Source: a candidate division WOR-3 bacterium (GTDB taxonomy: Bacteria; Hydrothermota; Hydrothermia; UBA1063). From it: a DNA stretch of 64,000 nucleotides. The notes beneath the pieces were generated by a model. It made no database searches. It worked only from the letters and a program-made list of their open reading frames with translations, and was not told the origin of the DNA. The stretch is taken from positions 5-64,004 of the forward strand of contig JBDRYG010000001.1 in assembly GCA_039803305.1 (NCBI GenBank), written 5' to 3'. This document shows, piece by piece, positions 39,793 to 49,283 of the stretch; within the stretch, counting starts at the first letter, position 1, and each line of letters begins with the position of its first letter. A program made the position numbers and the translations under genes.

Positions 39793-42003
39793 ATGTCCCT
39801 GGTTTTGCTTGCTCTTTTAATAGGCCAGTATTCTTTTATCGTTAAAGACGTAAAAGTTGAAGGATTAAAATGGTGGGATACTCCCACGATAATGAGTGCC
39901 ATCGGGGTAAAAAGGGGACAGTCTTTGACTCCTTTGTCCATTCGCCAGACCTTGAAAAAAGCATATCTCACTGAATACTTTGATGATCTTTATATTTTAG
40001 CCCAAATTGACAACCAAAGGGGCGATTTGCTTGTAAGAATCAAAGAGAATCCTAAGCTCGGAACACTCAATTTTGTAGGTATGAAGGCCCTCCGTGGAGG
40101 TTCTATAAAGGACTCCTTGGGATTAAAGGGAAACATGCCAATTTCTTCTGCAACAATTTATAAACTCAAAAATTACATCCTGGAAGAATACAGAAAAAAA
40201 GGGTATTATGGCACAGAAGTAACCGTTGACAAAAAAGTAAGTGACGATGGCAAAATAGACTTAACTGTCAATGTAAGGGAAGGAACAAAAGCAAGAATCA
40301 AACAAATTATTTTCCACGGGAATAATGCTTTTAGCTCTTCAAGACTAAAGAGAGTCATTAAGACCAAGGAAAAGAAATTTTTGATATTTACTGGCAAACT
40401 TGACGAAGAAAAATTCACCGAAGATTTGCAGAGACTTAAAGAATTCTATATGAACAATGGCTATCCTGAGGTAAAGATAGACTCCACAACTACCGAGACA
40501 AAAGAAAAGGAACTCTTTGTTCATATATATCTAAACGAGGGTAAAAAATATTACTTTGGGAACTTCAAACTTGAGGGCAACAACTTCTTCAAACAAGAAC
40601 TCCTGCAAAAGCTTGTTCGTTTCAAAAGTGGAGAACTCTATTCTCAGAAAAAAATAAATAAAACCATTGAAGATATAACAAGCGTCTACGGCGATTCCGG
40701 ATTTCTCTTTGTCAATGTCCTACCCTATTCTGAAGAAGTCCGAGACTCTTTTATAGACCTTAAAATATACATATTCGAAGGGCCCAGAATCAAAATTAGA
40801 AAGATTGACATAGTAGGTAATACAAAGACCTATGACGAGGTCATAAGAAGGGAGCTTGATGTCCTACCGGGAGAGTTCTTTTCACGGCAAAAACTCATAA
40901 AAAGTCAAAGAGATCTCTACTATTTGAACTTTTTTGAAAACGTCGAAGTTAATTTCTCACCTACGGACGATTCAAATTTTGTTGACCTAACTTTTAAAGT
41001 AACAGAAAAATATACTGGAAACATCGGGCTTGGCGCTACATACTCACAACTTGATGGCCTCTCAGCGTACTTTCAAATCCAGCAACCAAACTTCAGGGGA
41101 AAGGGTGAGATTGCTAATCTCCTTATAGAATATGGATTCCGAAAAAGAAACTTTCAGATAGGATTTACAAAACCCTGGCTCTTTGGGAGAAAACAGCAGG
41201 CTGGATTTAACCTCTATTCACTTTCAACATACTACCCTCAATATACTGTGACTAAAACCGGGGGAAACCTTAGTTATGGTCGAAGGGTAATTAACGACTA
41301 CTGGAGAATCTTTACCCAGTACACTCTTGAACGCACAAAGCTTTACGATATAGATTCAAGTTTACTTGCAAGTCCAACATACTCATATTGGGCAAATAGA
41401 GGATGGCAATGGTCTTCAAGTATTTTTTATTCGTTATCCTTTGATAATAGAGACAGAGTGTTCAATGCTACTACAGGAAATATTTTCAAATATGACGGGA
41501 CACTTTCCGGTGGACCTCTTCGAGGGGACATACACTTTTTTAAACAGGAGTTTGAGCTTTCAAAACTTATACCTGAATTTAAAAATGTCATAGGCGCAGT
41601 TTCCTTCAAAACAGGATATATCAGGGGGCTTTATCACCCTGATTCTATTCCTTTTTATGAGAGGTTTTTCCTAGGTGATGTGGGACCCTATGGGCTCAGG
41701 GGTTATGAACTAAGAAGTGTTGGTCCAAGGGAAAACGGAATAAATATTGGCGGCAGGATTTATTTCATACTTACCTTAGAACAAAGATATAGAATCAATG
41801 ATAATATGTATGTCCTTGCTTTCTTCGACGCAGGTAATGCTTTTAAGAATGTGAACACTTTAAGACCATTTATCGTCAAAAAGGGTATAGGAGCAGGTAT
41901 AAGGATGGAGATTCCGTTGATGGGTGTAATAGGATTTGATTTTGCGTATGGAATTGATTCCAAGAAATGGATCCCTCACATACAACTAGGAACCTCTTTT
42001 TAG
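39793..42003 (+). CDS. bamA: Outer membrane protein assembly factor BamA (POTRA repeats plus Omp85 beta-barrel)
   Basis: Signal peptide, POTRA-like repeats, surface-antigen barrel with C-terminal ...IQLGTSF aromatic end. Confidence 0.8.
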   Translation: MSLVLLALLIGQYSFIVKDVKVEGLKWWDTPTIMSAIGVKRGQSLTPLSIRQTLKKAYLTEYFDDLYILAQIDNQRGDLLVRIKENPKLGTLNFVGMKALRGGSIKDSLGLKGNMPISSATIYKLKNYILEEYRKKGYYGTEVTVDKKVSDDGKIDLTVNVREGTKARIKQIIFHGNNAFSSSRLKRVIKTKEKKFLIFTGKLDEEKFTEDLQRLKEFYMNNGYPEVKIDSTTTETKEKELFVHIYLNEGKKYYFGNFKLEGNNFFKQELLQKLVRFKSGELYSQKKINKTIEDITSVYGDSGFLFVNVLPYSEEVRDSFIDLKIYIFEGPRIKIRKIDIVGNTKTYDEVIRRELDVLPGEFFSRQKLIKSQRDLYYLNFFENVEVNFSPTDDSNFVDLTFKVTEKYTGNIGLGATYSQLDGLSAYFQIQQPNFRGKGEIANLLIEYGFRKRNFQIGFTKPWLFGRKQQAGFNLYSLSTYYPQYTVTKTGGNLSYGRRVINDYWRIFTQYTLERTKLYDIDSSLLASPTYSYWANRGWQWSSSIFYSLSFDNRDRVFNATTGNIFKYDGTLSGGPLRGDIHFFKQEFELSKLIPEFKNVIGAVSFKTGYIRGLYHPDSIPFYERFFLGDVGPYGLRGYELRSVGPRENGINIGGRIYFILTLEQRYRINDNMYVLAFFDAGNAFKNVNTLRPFIVKKGIGAGIRMEIPLMGVIGFDFAYGIDSKKWIPHIQLGTSF

Positions 42004-42018
42004 AAAAGGAGGTCAAAA

Positions 42019-43551
42019 ATGAGCAAAAAAATAAAATGGATATTTATTGTACTAACAGTGTTTATTTTAGGAACAATTAGTGGTTTCATACTCACAGCCC
42101 AACTCAGGTTAGCGAATCTGGAAAGTAAGGATGCGAAAGTCTACTTTGTAGAGGGTGAAGGTGGACAGCTGGAAAGCCCATTTGTAAAGGTTGCTGAACA
42201 GGCCACTATGGCAGTGGTCAATATTAGTACTGAACGGGTAATAAAGTTCAAAGAATCCCCCTTCTTTGATGAAAATGATCCCTTCGACCAGCTTTTCAGG
42301 AGGTTCTTTGATTTCCCTATGCCTCAAATTCCAAGAGAATACAAATCAACAAGCTTGGGGTCAGGCTTCATATTTAACAAGGATGGCGACAAGTATTATG
42401 TTTTAACCAATAATCATGTTGTAAAAAATGCAGACAAAATAATTATCAAACTATATGACGGGACAAAGATTACAGGCGATGATGTTAAAATAGTGGGGAC
42501 AGACAGAAATACAGACCTTGCAATACTATCTATAAAAACCAAAAAAGATTTACCAGTATTAAAACTCGGCGATTCTGATAAGATTAAAATAGGAGACTGG
42601 GCCATTGCCGTTGGAAATCCTTTTGGGTTAGAAGGTACGGTAACCGTCGGTGTTATCAGTGCTAAAGGAAGATCCGGAATCCCACTGCCTGACGGACCTG
42701 TTTACGAAAATTTTATACAAACAGATGCAGCTATCAACCCTGGAAACTCAGGTGGACCACTTTTAAATATTCGAGGCGAAGTAATCGGAATCAATACAGC
42801 CATAACATCCCCTTCGGGTGCATTTGCCGGGGTTGGGTTTGCAATTCCAGTGAACACTGCTAAATATGTCATAGAGCAAATCCTCAATAAAGGGAAGGTC
42901 GTAAGAGGGTATATTGGCATATACCCCCAGGCTCTAACTGAGGAATTAGCCAAGACCTATGGCCTTGACTCTCCAAGGGGGGTTCTCGTAGCGAAGGTAC
43001 TTAAGGACAGCCCTGCAGAAAAAGCTGGTATTAAAGAGGAAGATGTAATAGTTAAATTTGACGGGAAAGACATTACTGACGTTGAGCAATTTAGACTCCT
43101 CGTTGCACAGACAAAACCAGGTAAAACAGTAGACGTCGAGATAATAACCCAAAAGGGAGAAAGAAAAATAGTTAAAGTAAAAGTCGGAGAATATCCAGAG
43201 GAAACAGTAACAGCTCAGGACACTGAGAAACCTGAGGAGAGAGAGACCAAACCTTCGGAACAGAAGTGGTTGGGAATGACGGTGATTGACATTGAATCAG
43301 CAAGAAGAATTGGACTCTACTCTGGGAGTGATGAGGATGGTGTAGTCGTAAAAGAGGTTGAGAGGGGATCGGTGGCAGACTTTGCGGGAATTATTAAAGG
43401 CGATTTAATACAAAAAATCGGAGATATTGAAATTAAATCACTAAAGGACTTCTCAAAAGCTTCAAGCACCTATAAAAATTCGCGCGGTCCTATGAGATTT
43501 AAGATCATAAGAAATGGTATGCCCATATTTATAGCAATTACCTTAAGATGA
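42019..43551 (+). CDS. htrA: Do/HtrA family periplasmic serine endopeptidase with two PDZ domains
   Basis: Catalytic triad context (HV, DLAIL, GNSGGPLLN), two PDZ segments, N-terminal TM anchor. Confidence 0.9.
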   Translation: MSKKIKWIFIVLTVFILGTISGFILTAQLRLANLESKDAKVYFVEGEGGQLESPFVKVAEQATMAVVNISTERVIKFKESPFFDENDPFDQLFRRFFDFPMPQIPREYKSTSLGSGFIFNKDGDKYYVLTNNHVVKNADKIIIKLYDGTKITGDDVKIVGTDRNTDLAILSIKTKKDLPVLKLGDSDKIKIGDWAIAVGNPFGLEGTVTVGVISAKGRSGIPLPDGPVYENFIQTDAAINPGNSGGPLLNIRGEVIGINTAITSPSGAFAGVGFAIPVNTAKYVIEQILNKGKVVRGYIGIYPQALTEELAKTYGLDSPRGVLVAKVLKDSPAEKAGIKEEDVIVKFDGKDITDVEQFRLLVAQTKPGKTVDVEIITQKGERKIVKVKVGEYPEETVTAQDTEKPEERETKPSEQKWLGMTVIDIESARRIGLYSGSDEDGVVVKEVERGSVADFAGIIKGDLIQKIGDIEIKSLKDFSKASSTYKNSRGPMRFKIIRNGMPIFIAITLR

Positions 43552-44378
43552 TAAGATATCCACAACACGCAGGAACATTTTACCCTGATACTAAAGAGGG
43601 TATAATAGAGATCTTTTCGAAATTCGAAATACAAGGGAAAAACACAAATGTTGATGTTAAAACGCCCATCGGACTCATTGCACCTCATGCTGGATATATC
43701 TACTCCGGCTTTGTGGCATATATAACCTATAAGAACGCTTTTAAATCAAGTGAATTTAGTAACATTATAATACTCGGTCCGTCCCACTATGTTTATTTTA
43801 AAGGAGTTTCTATTTTTCCTGAGGGTTCCTGGGTTACACCTATCGGTGAAGTCGAAATTAACACTAAAATTACCCTTTCTCTTTCGCAAAAATCGTCCTA
43901 TTTTTCCAATTCTCCGGATCTTCACCGAAGAGAACATTCAATAGAGGTACAGATACCTTTTGTACAGCACTTCAATCCTAATGCAAAAATTGTCCCGCTT
44001 CTTGTGGGGGAAATGAACGACAAGATGGTTGATGAAGTAGGGCAAGCCCTTGCTGAAGTATTATTGGAAAATCAGGATACCCTTATTGTGGCGAGTTCTG
44101 ACCTCTACCATGGCGAATCCTACAGAGCCTGCGTGGAATCCGACAGAAATACCATTGACTTAATTTTAAACGGCGATTGGCGGAAATTTTATGCTGCTTC
44201 GAAAACAGGGGAAATTATGGCATGTGGTGATCTGCCAATATCTATCCTTATGAGTGCCATTGAACGATTAAACCCTGATTATACCCGGTCTCTTGTTTTT
44301 TATACAAACTCAGGAGATGTGACGGGTATTAGAAGTGGGTATGTAGTAGGTTACGCAGGGATACTTTTCGGGATTTGA
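43548..44378 (+). CDS. amrB: AmmeMemoRadiSam system protein B (MEMO1 family)
   Basis: YPQHAGTFYPD ... IAPHAGYIYSG Memo hallmark; 4-nt overlap with the htrA stop. Confidence 0.75.
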   Translation: MIRYPQHAGTFYPDTKEGIIEIFSKFEIQGKNTNVDVKTPIGLIAPHAGYIYSGFVAYITYKNAFKSSEFSNIIILGPSHYVYFKGVSIFPEGSWVTPIGEVEINTKITLSLSQKSSYFSNSPDLHRREHSIEVQIPFVQHFNPNAKIVPLLVGEMNDKMVDEVGQALAEVLLENQDTLIVASSDLYHGESYRACVESDRNTIDLILNGDWRKFYAASKTGEIMACGDLPISILMSAIERLNPDYTRSLVFYTNSGDVTGIRSGYVVGYAGILFGI

Positions 44379-44950
44379 CGATGCAAAATTTACAATTATC
44401 AAAAGATGAGAAAATTACGCTTTTAAAGCTAGCAAGACAAACTTTGGATAATAAGTTTTCGGGTTTGAAAGACCCTGTACTTACAGACCCTACTGAAAAC
44501 TTGAAAGCCTTTTGTGGTGCATTCGTAACACTTAGAAAACACAATCAACTTAGAGGCTGTATCGGTTATATAAAAGGTATTAAACCTCTTTGGGAAGAGA
44601 TTGTAAACTTAGCAAAAGAGGCTGCTTTCCATGACCCAAGGTTTTACCCATTAAGACCAGAGGAACTTAAAGAAGTAGAAATAGAGATATCAGTCTTAAC
44701 ACCCTTACAAAAAATTTCAGACCCCAACCTTATTGAAGTTGGGAAACACGGCATTCTCATAAAGAGAGGTTTTATGCAGGGACTTCTCCTTCCACAAGTT
44801 GCCATTGAAGAAAACTGGGACAGGGAAACTTTCCTGGACCATACTTGCCTTAAAGCTGGACTTTATCCAGGGTGTTGGAAAGATGAAAAGACGGAAATCT
44901 ACATTTTTGAAGCCTTAGTATTCAGTGAAAAAGAATTTGGACTAAAATAG
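44375..44950 (+). CDS. amrA: AmmeMemoRadiSam system protein A (AMMECR1 domain)
   Basis: GAFVTLRKHNQLRGCIGYI AMMECR1 signature; 4-nt overlap with amrB. Confidence 0.75.
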   Translation: MTMQNLQLSKDEKITLLKLARQTLDNKFSGLKDPVLTDPTENLKAFCGAFVTLRKHNQLRGCIGYIKGIKPLWEEIVNLAKEAAFHDPRFYPLRPEELKEVEIEISVLTPLQKISDPNLIEVGKHGILIKRGFMQGLLLPQVAIEENWDRETFLDHTCLKAGLYPGCWKDEKTEIYIFEALVFSEKEFGLK

Positions 44951-47485
44951 AAAATTATATCCAGCACGAATTTTCTTGACAGATTGAACACTTTTTGTAT
45001 AGAGTGTTTCTACGAAAAGTTCCCCCGATTTGTGCTTGTACTTCAAATTCATATTAAATGCATACCTCTCTGAAGTCGGCACAAAGTAAGGTAAATCATT
45101 GTATCTAACGCCAAAAGGAGCATTTATACTCAAATTAAATATACCATGCCAGCTGTCTTTTATGAAATACCATGCCCCCTGCAATGATAGGGCCTTGTAA
45201 GTCTCCCCTTTATACCAGGTATTAACAGGTCCGAACCTGATAGAAAGGCCCCTAAACCTAAAATCGAAACTGCTACTTAGATATGAATATGACAGGTTGT
45301 CCTGTACGTTACGCTCGAACATAGGTGTAATCCAGAGTGACCTACAAACAAAAAATTCCAGGGAATACCTCTCCTCTCTTTTTACGTAGGGTCGGACAAA
45401 AGAACTGTCTACGAAACTCGTAACATATGCAGTGGCTGTATGGGGACCTACCTTTAATTGCCCTATTAAAGACCTAACAAGGTCATATACACCCCTCTTT
45501 TGTGACAACATGATATTTAATCCACGGCTTTCACTCCGGGAATCAAGTTCAAACTCTAAGGTATTACTAAGGGATGTATCCTTGATTCCCAAGGATAAAA
45601 AATGTCTCTCAAAATCACCTAACTGCGAAGGGGTATAAACACCAAAACTTCTATCTAACTCATACGTCCCTGCTGGTGATCTGTAAAACCTTTCTTCTTT
45701 GTAATAAACCAATTCTGGCATTTTGCTTGTTCCAAGACTCATCCTCGTGTGACCCTCTAAATTATAGGTTAATTTCAATCTGTATAGAGGATAACTCCAG
45801 TGTTCACGCAAATAAAATATTTCAGAAAAAAAATTCATCCTGCTTTCGCTTTCTAATATCTTGATCATCAAGTACGGCCAGATTTTCTGTAAATTTTTAC
45901 TGAAAACAAAACCCCCGGAGAAATTTAGATTTCTTAAATTTTTACCAATTTCAACGAGTAATGGTTTATCAGTGTTCTGGAAGATTAAAAATCCATGAGA
46001 TTTGGGCGAGAGCCAGCTTAATATCAGTTTTGCGTCAATTGTATCGGTTTGAGTCAAATTCAATAAAATCCCAAAAGGACCAGGATTTGATGTAAGCCTT
46101 AAAGCACTGCGAGGGTTTTTATTATCTAATCCAATTGTATATTCAACAAAAGTATTTGCCCAATCGAGATGAATATTTCCAAAGTGCTCTAAGAGGCGAC
46201 CCTTGCCCTCTATACCAAAAAACTTACTTAAATATTCCTTAAAATCTGAAAAATTCTCTGTTTTCCACCTAACGCCGGAGGTCAGTTGAATGTTGTTTAT
46301 TTCGACTTTTTTACTCAAAGAGGCCTTAAAACCCAGATTATCACTATCCCCTACTTTACTCAGTTTATTTAAATCGCTATAGGAAGCTTTGAAATCAATA
46401 CTTAATTTACCATCATAAGTTAGGGATATCACATTGTGCTCCCGAGGGGCAGGAATTCTAAAAAGCGGTTCATAATGACCGGCACCGTAACCTACATATT
46501 TGTATGCACTTTGTATATTATCAAATATGTAACTTCCTCTATTTATACCCACAAACTCAAAATAGACGATATACTCGCCTTTCCCATCACCAGCAAAGAC
46601 AAAGAAAGAATCCTGAAGGTTATAGCTACCTTCGCTATTCTTTATTCCGCCCTTGAACTCCACATAGTCCTCGATATCACCAACCTGGCTTAAAAACTTT
46701 TTTAGCGTATCCAGAATCCCTTCGTAGTACTTCATGGTACTCCCCAGATGTTCGAACACTACTTTTAAACCACCTGATGAATAAAAAAATGACCCGTATA
46801 CAGAGGGCAAGTTATTATATGTTGCATATTCTACGAAAAATCTGTCTGCTCCTTTAAGAAGATCGTAATCCTTTATCCATAATATCCCAGACTGGTAATC
46901 AAACTCATACTTCGACTTATCCACAATCATATCACCTTTAATCACCTTTAAAGAGCCAGGCACTATCATATAACCATAGTCTACGAAGTATGGTCCTGAA
47001 TTCGGATATTTAACACTTAACTCTTTCTTAACCGTTGAGGTGTTTGTTGAACCATAAGTAAAGCCAATATTTTGAAAACACCCCGAGAAACCTAAAAGCT
47101 TTACTTCGGGCAGAGCTATCTTACCAAATTTTAAGAAATTATTAGATGAGTCGCTCACTTCGAAGAAGATCTCGTCCATGTCCTTAAGCAAGGTAGTGTA
47201 ATAATCAGTTCCGTAGTCAGCTTTACTATCTAAAAGTCTCCCCTTTATAAAGTACTTTTTTGAAATTGTTCCACTTAAAGTAATATCAAGTCTCTGAGAC
47301 AAGCTATAGGTAAAGCCGTTAAAAGACACAAAGAAGCCTTTTGAACCACTAAAATCAATAGACTCAGTATTTTTCTCCAAATCCAGAGAGTCTAAAGTTG
47401 ATGTATCTTCCGATGTTGAAATCTTAGGATTTGTAAACCTTAAAACATAAGCAAGAACTAAAGCTCCCCAAAAAGGTAAAGCCAC
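44942..47485 (-). CDS. Large hypothetical outer-membrane beta-barrel-like protein (847 aa), function unknown
   Basis: Hydrophobic N-terminus, abundant alternating amphipathic beta-like segments rich in Y/F/G, C-terminal ...GYNFLF aromatic terminus typical of OMPs. Confidence 0.35.
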   Translation of the reverse strand: MALPFWGALVLAYVLRFTNPKISTSEDTSTLDSLDLEKNTESIDFSGSKGFFVSFNGFTYSLSQRLDITLSGTISKKYFIKGRLLDSKADYGTDYYTTLLKDMDEIFFEVSDSSNNFLKFGKIALPEVKLLGFSGCFQNIGFTYGSTNTSTVKKELSVKYPNSGPYFVDYGYMIVPGSLKVIKGDMIVDKSKYEFDYQSGILWIKDYDLLKGADRFFVEYATYNNLPSVYGSFFYSSGGLKVVFEHLGSTMKYYEGILDTLKKFLSQVGDIEDYVEFKGGIKNSEGSYNLQDSFFVFAGDGKGEYIVYFEFVGINRGSYIFDNIQSAYKYVGYGAGHYEPLFRIPAPREHNVISLTYDGKLSIDFKASYSDLNKLSKVGDSDNLGFKASLSKKVEINNIQLTSGVRWKTENFSDFKEYLSKFFGIEGKGRLLEHFGNIHLDWANTFVEYTIGLDNKNPRSALRLTSNPGPFGILLNLTQTDTIDAKLILSWLSPKSHGFLIFQNTDKPLLVEIGKNLRNLNFSGGFVFSKNLQKIWPYLMIKILESESRMNFFSEIFYLREHWSYPLYRLKLTYNLEGHTRMSLGTSKMPELVYYKEERFYRSPAGTYELDRSFGVYTPSQLGDFERHFLSLGIKDTSLSNTLEFELDSRSESRGLNIMLSQKRGVYDLVRSLIGQLKVGPHTATAYVTSFVDSSFVRPYVKREERYSLEFFVCRSLWITPMFERNVQDNLSYSYLSSSFDFRFRGLSIRFGPVNTWYKGETYKALSLQGAWYFIKDSWHGIFNLSINAPFGVRYNDLPYFVPTSERYAFNMNLKYKHKSGELFVETLYTKSVQSVKKIRAGYNFLF

Positions 47486-49273
47486 TTAAGTTATGTTAAG
47501 GACTGCCTTTACAATCTCGTCCCCAACACCGTATTTCCTAAGAAATTCTTCCCGTTCCTTTTTTATTCTTGATACCCACTCTTCATATTCCGCTAATCTA
47601 CCTTGTTTTTCGTATAATATTCTCGGACAGAGAATTTCAACAGGTACTTTTTCAATCAAAGGTTTGTTCTCCGGAGCATTTATGTCTACAACAAAGTAAC
47701 CAAAATCTGGATCAACTGTCCACTTAATCTCGTCTCTAAAAAGTGCTTCCAGCATCGCTGTAGAGTGACTTATCTTGACCTTAAGAGCTATCCCACTCTT
47801 CTCATCCAGCTGGTCACCACCAACATATCCAGTATTCATCATCCATGTTATAATTCCTTTATTCCTCTCCATGAGTTCCTGAAATCTAATCGCCTGCAAT
47901 TTGTGGTTGAGTGGGAAGAAAGGCTGTGTAAAAGGAGAGCGAGTTTTGCCTCTCTCTTTTCCTGCTGCAGAAGTTTTTGATGTTTCTCCAAGCATGAAAT
48001 ACCCAGAGGCCTGCTCAGGAGTTGCGAATTTGACAATCCCGGGTGTCGCAGCATCTTTTCCTTCGTCCCTGTTAAGAATTCCTATATACTTAAGGGGTGG
48101 AAGGTTATTTAAATCAGCTACATTATCAATAGCACTCAAAGGTATTATTGAACGACCATTTTGTGTCCAGACCACAAAATCCCATCCATCTTTTGGAATA
48201 CCATACTCATCAACTATTTCTTCAAGTTTAACTTCACCCTTGATGTATGCGTCCACATGTACAGGATCGCTTCCGGTTAAGATGAAAACTTCCTTGTAGC
48301 GGTTAACTTCTTCCGGAGTAAGAGCTTCCTTTGAGAAATCGTAAGTCCCATCGGGGTTCATATATACATTTTCAACCCAGGCCGAAGGGTCTATGGTACC
48401 CTTATATATAACGGGCTCTGTTTTCTCAGTAAGACCAAAGGTCTTCGCAAAGCACCCATTCTCCGTGATAGTATAAGAGCCATCAGGCCATAAGGTAATC
48501 ATGTCATCCTGGATTGGCATAGAATGTTCCCCGTGTTTTGCAAAAGTCGTCGTTGTCTTTCCGGTTCCGGAAAGACCCAGAATAGCAACTGCATAATCTT
48601 TCCCATTTATCCTCACGGATTTTGCACCTGCGTGAAGTACAAGCCCACCCTTCTGATATAAGTAATGGTTTAGCATGCGGAGTATACCTTTTTTCGATTC
48701 TCCAAAATAATCTGAATTCATTACATAAGTTACATAATTCTCGAGATCTACTATAATTGCCATCTTGCCTGGTAAATCATCAAGAACAAGGTCGGGAGTA
48801 TATACTACTTTAAAAATGGGCTTAAATTCTCTCTTATACCACTCAGGACCCTCTACAAACTCCCTTGAAAACATCATAACTTGCTGCATACCAGCTACAT
48901 TTGCAGCATTTAGGGTATAAAAGGCTTGAACAGGCACAGCAGTCTCACCGATGCCATAATATCCTTGAATCTCAATTAAAAAGCCCTGCTTCTCGATGAA
49001 ATCCTTTTGAAGCTTTATGTATTTTTCCGCATCTTCTGGAGTCATAATTTTGGAAGAGTAACTGGTCTCTTCACCCTTCTCTGCTATTATGTATGTGAAC
49101 TTTTCCATCCGTGCTTTTCTTAAGGTTACCCTGTTTATATTTCCATAAGCTGAAACAAGGCATGTCTTAATGTTTTCAAGGGCAATCTTCCTCAGTTCTT
49201 CTTGAGAAGGATTGACTATATACTTTACATTGAATGGCTTTGACAATCTTGCTATTTCTTCTCTTAGAGACAT
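47486..49273 (-). CDS. pckA: Phosphoenolpyruvate carboxykinase (ATP)
   Basis: Kinase-1a motif LGLSGTGKTTTT and flanking ENGCFAKTFGL...NVYM blocks matching ATP-PEPCK; about 60-aa N-terminal extension relative to typical enzymes. Confidence 0.75.
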   Translation of the reverse strand: MSLREEIARLSKPFNVKYIVNPSQEELRKIALENIKTCLVSAYGNINRVTLRKARMEKFTYIIAEKGEETSYSSKIMTPEDAEKYIKLQKDFIEKQGFLIEIQGYYGIGETAVPVQAFYTLNAANVAGMQQVMMFSREFVEGPEWYKREFKPIFKVVYTPDLVLDDLPGKMAIIVDLENYVTYVMNSDYFGESKKGILRMLNHYLYQKGGLVLHAGAKSVRINGKDYAVAILGLSGTGKTTTTFAKHGEHSMPIQDDMITLWPDGSYTITENGCFAKTFGLTEKTEPVIYKGTIDPSAWVENVYMNPDGTYDFSKEALTPEEVNRYKEVFILTGSDPVHVDAYIKGEVKLEEIVDEYGIPKDGWDFVVWTQNGRSIIPLSAIDNVADLNNLPPLKYIGILNRDEGKDAATPGIVKFATPEQASGYFMLGETSKTSAAGKERGKTRSPFTQPFFPLNHKLQAIRFQELMERNKGIITWMMNTGYVGGDQLDEKSGIALKVKISHSTAMLEALFRDEIKWTVDPDFGYFVVDINAPENKPLIEKVPVEILCPRILYEKQGRLAEYEEWVSRIKKEREEFLRKYGVGDEIVKAVLNIT

Positions 49274-49283
49274 ATCTCCCCCT

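Noticed and set aside
43548-44950. Radical-SAM third component of the AmmeMemoRadiSam system
   Set aside because: I looked for a CxxxCxxC-containing ORF adjacent to amrA/amrB and elsewhere in the window and found none. The absence is reported as a finding rather than calling any neighbouring ORF the rSAM partner.
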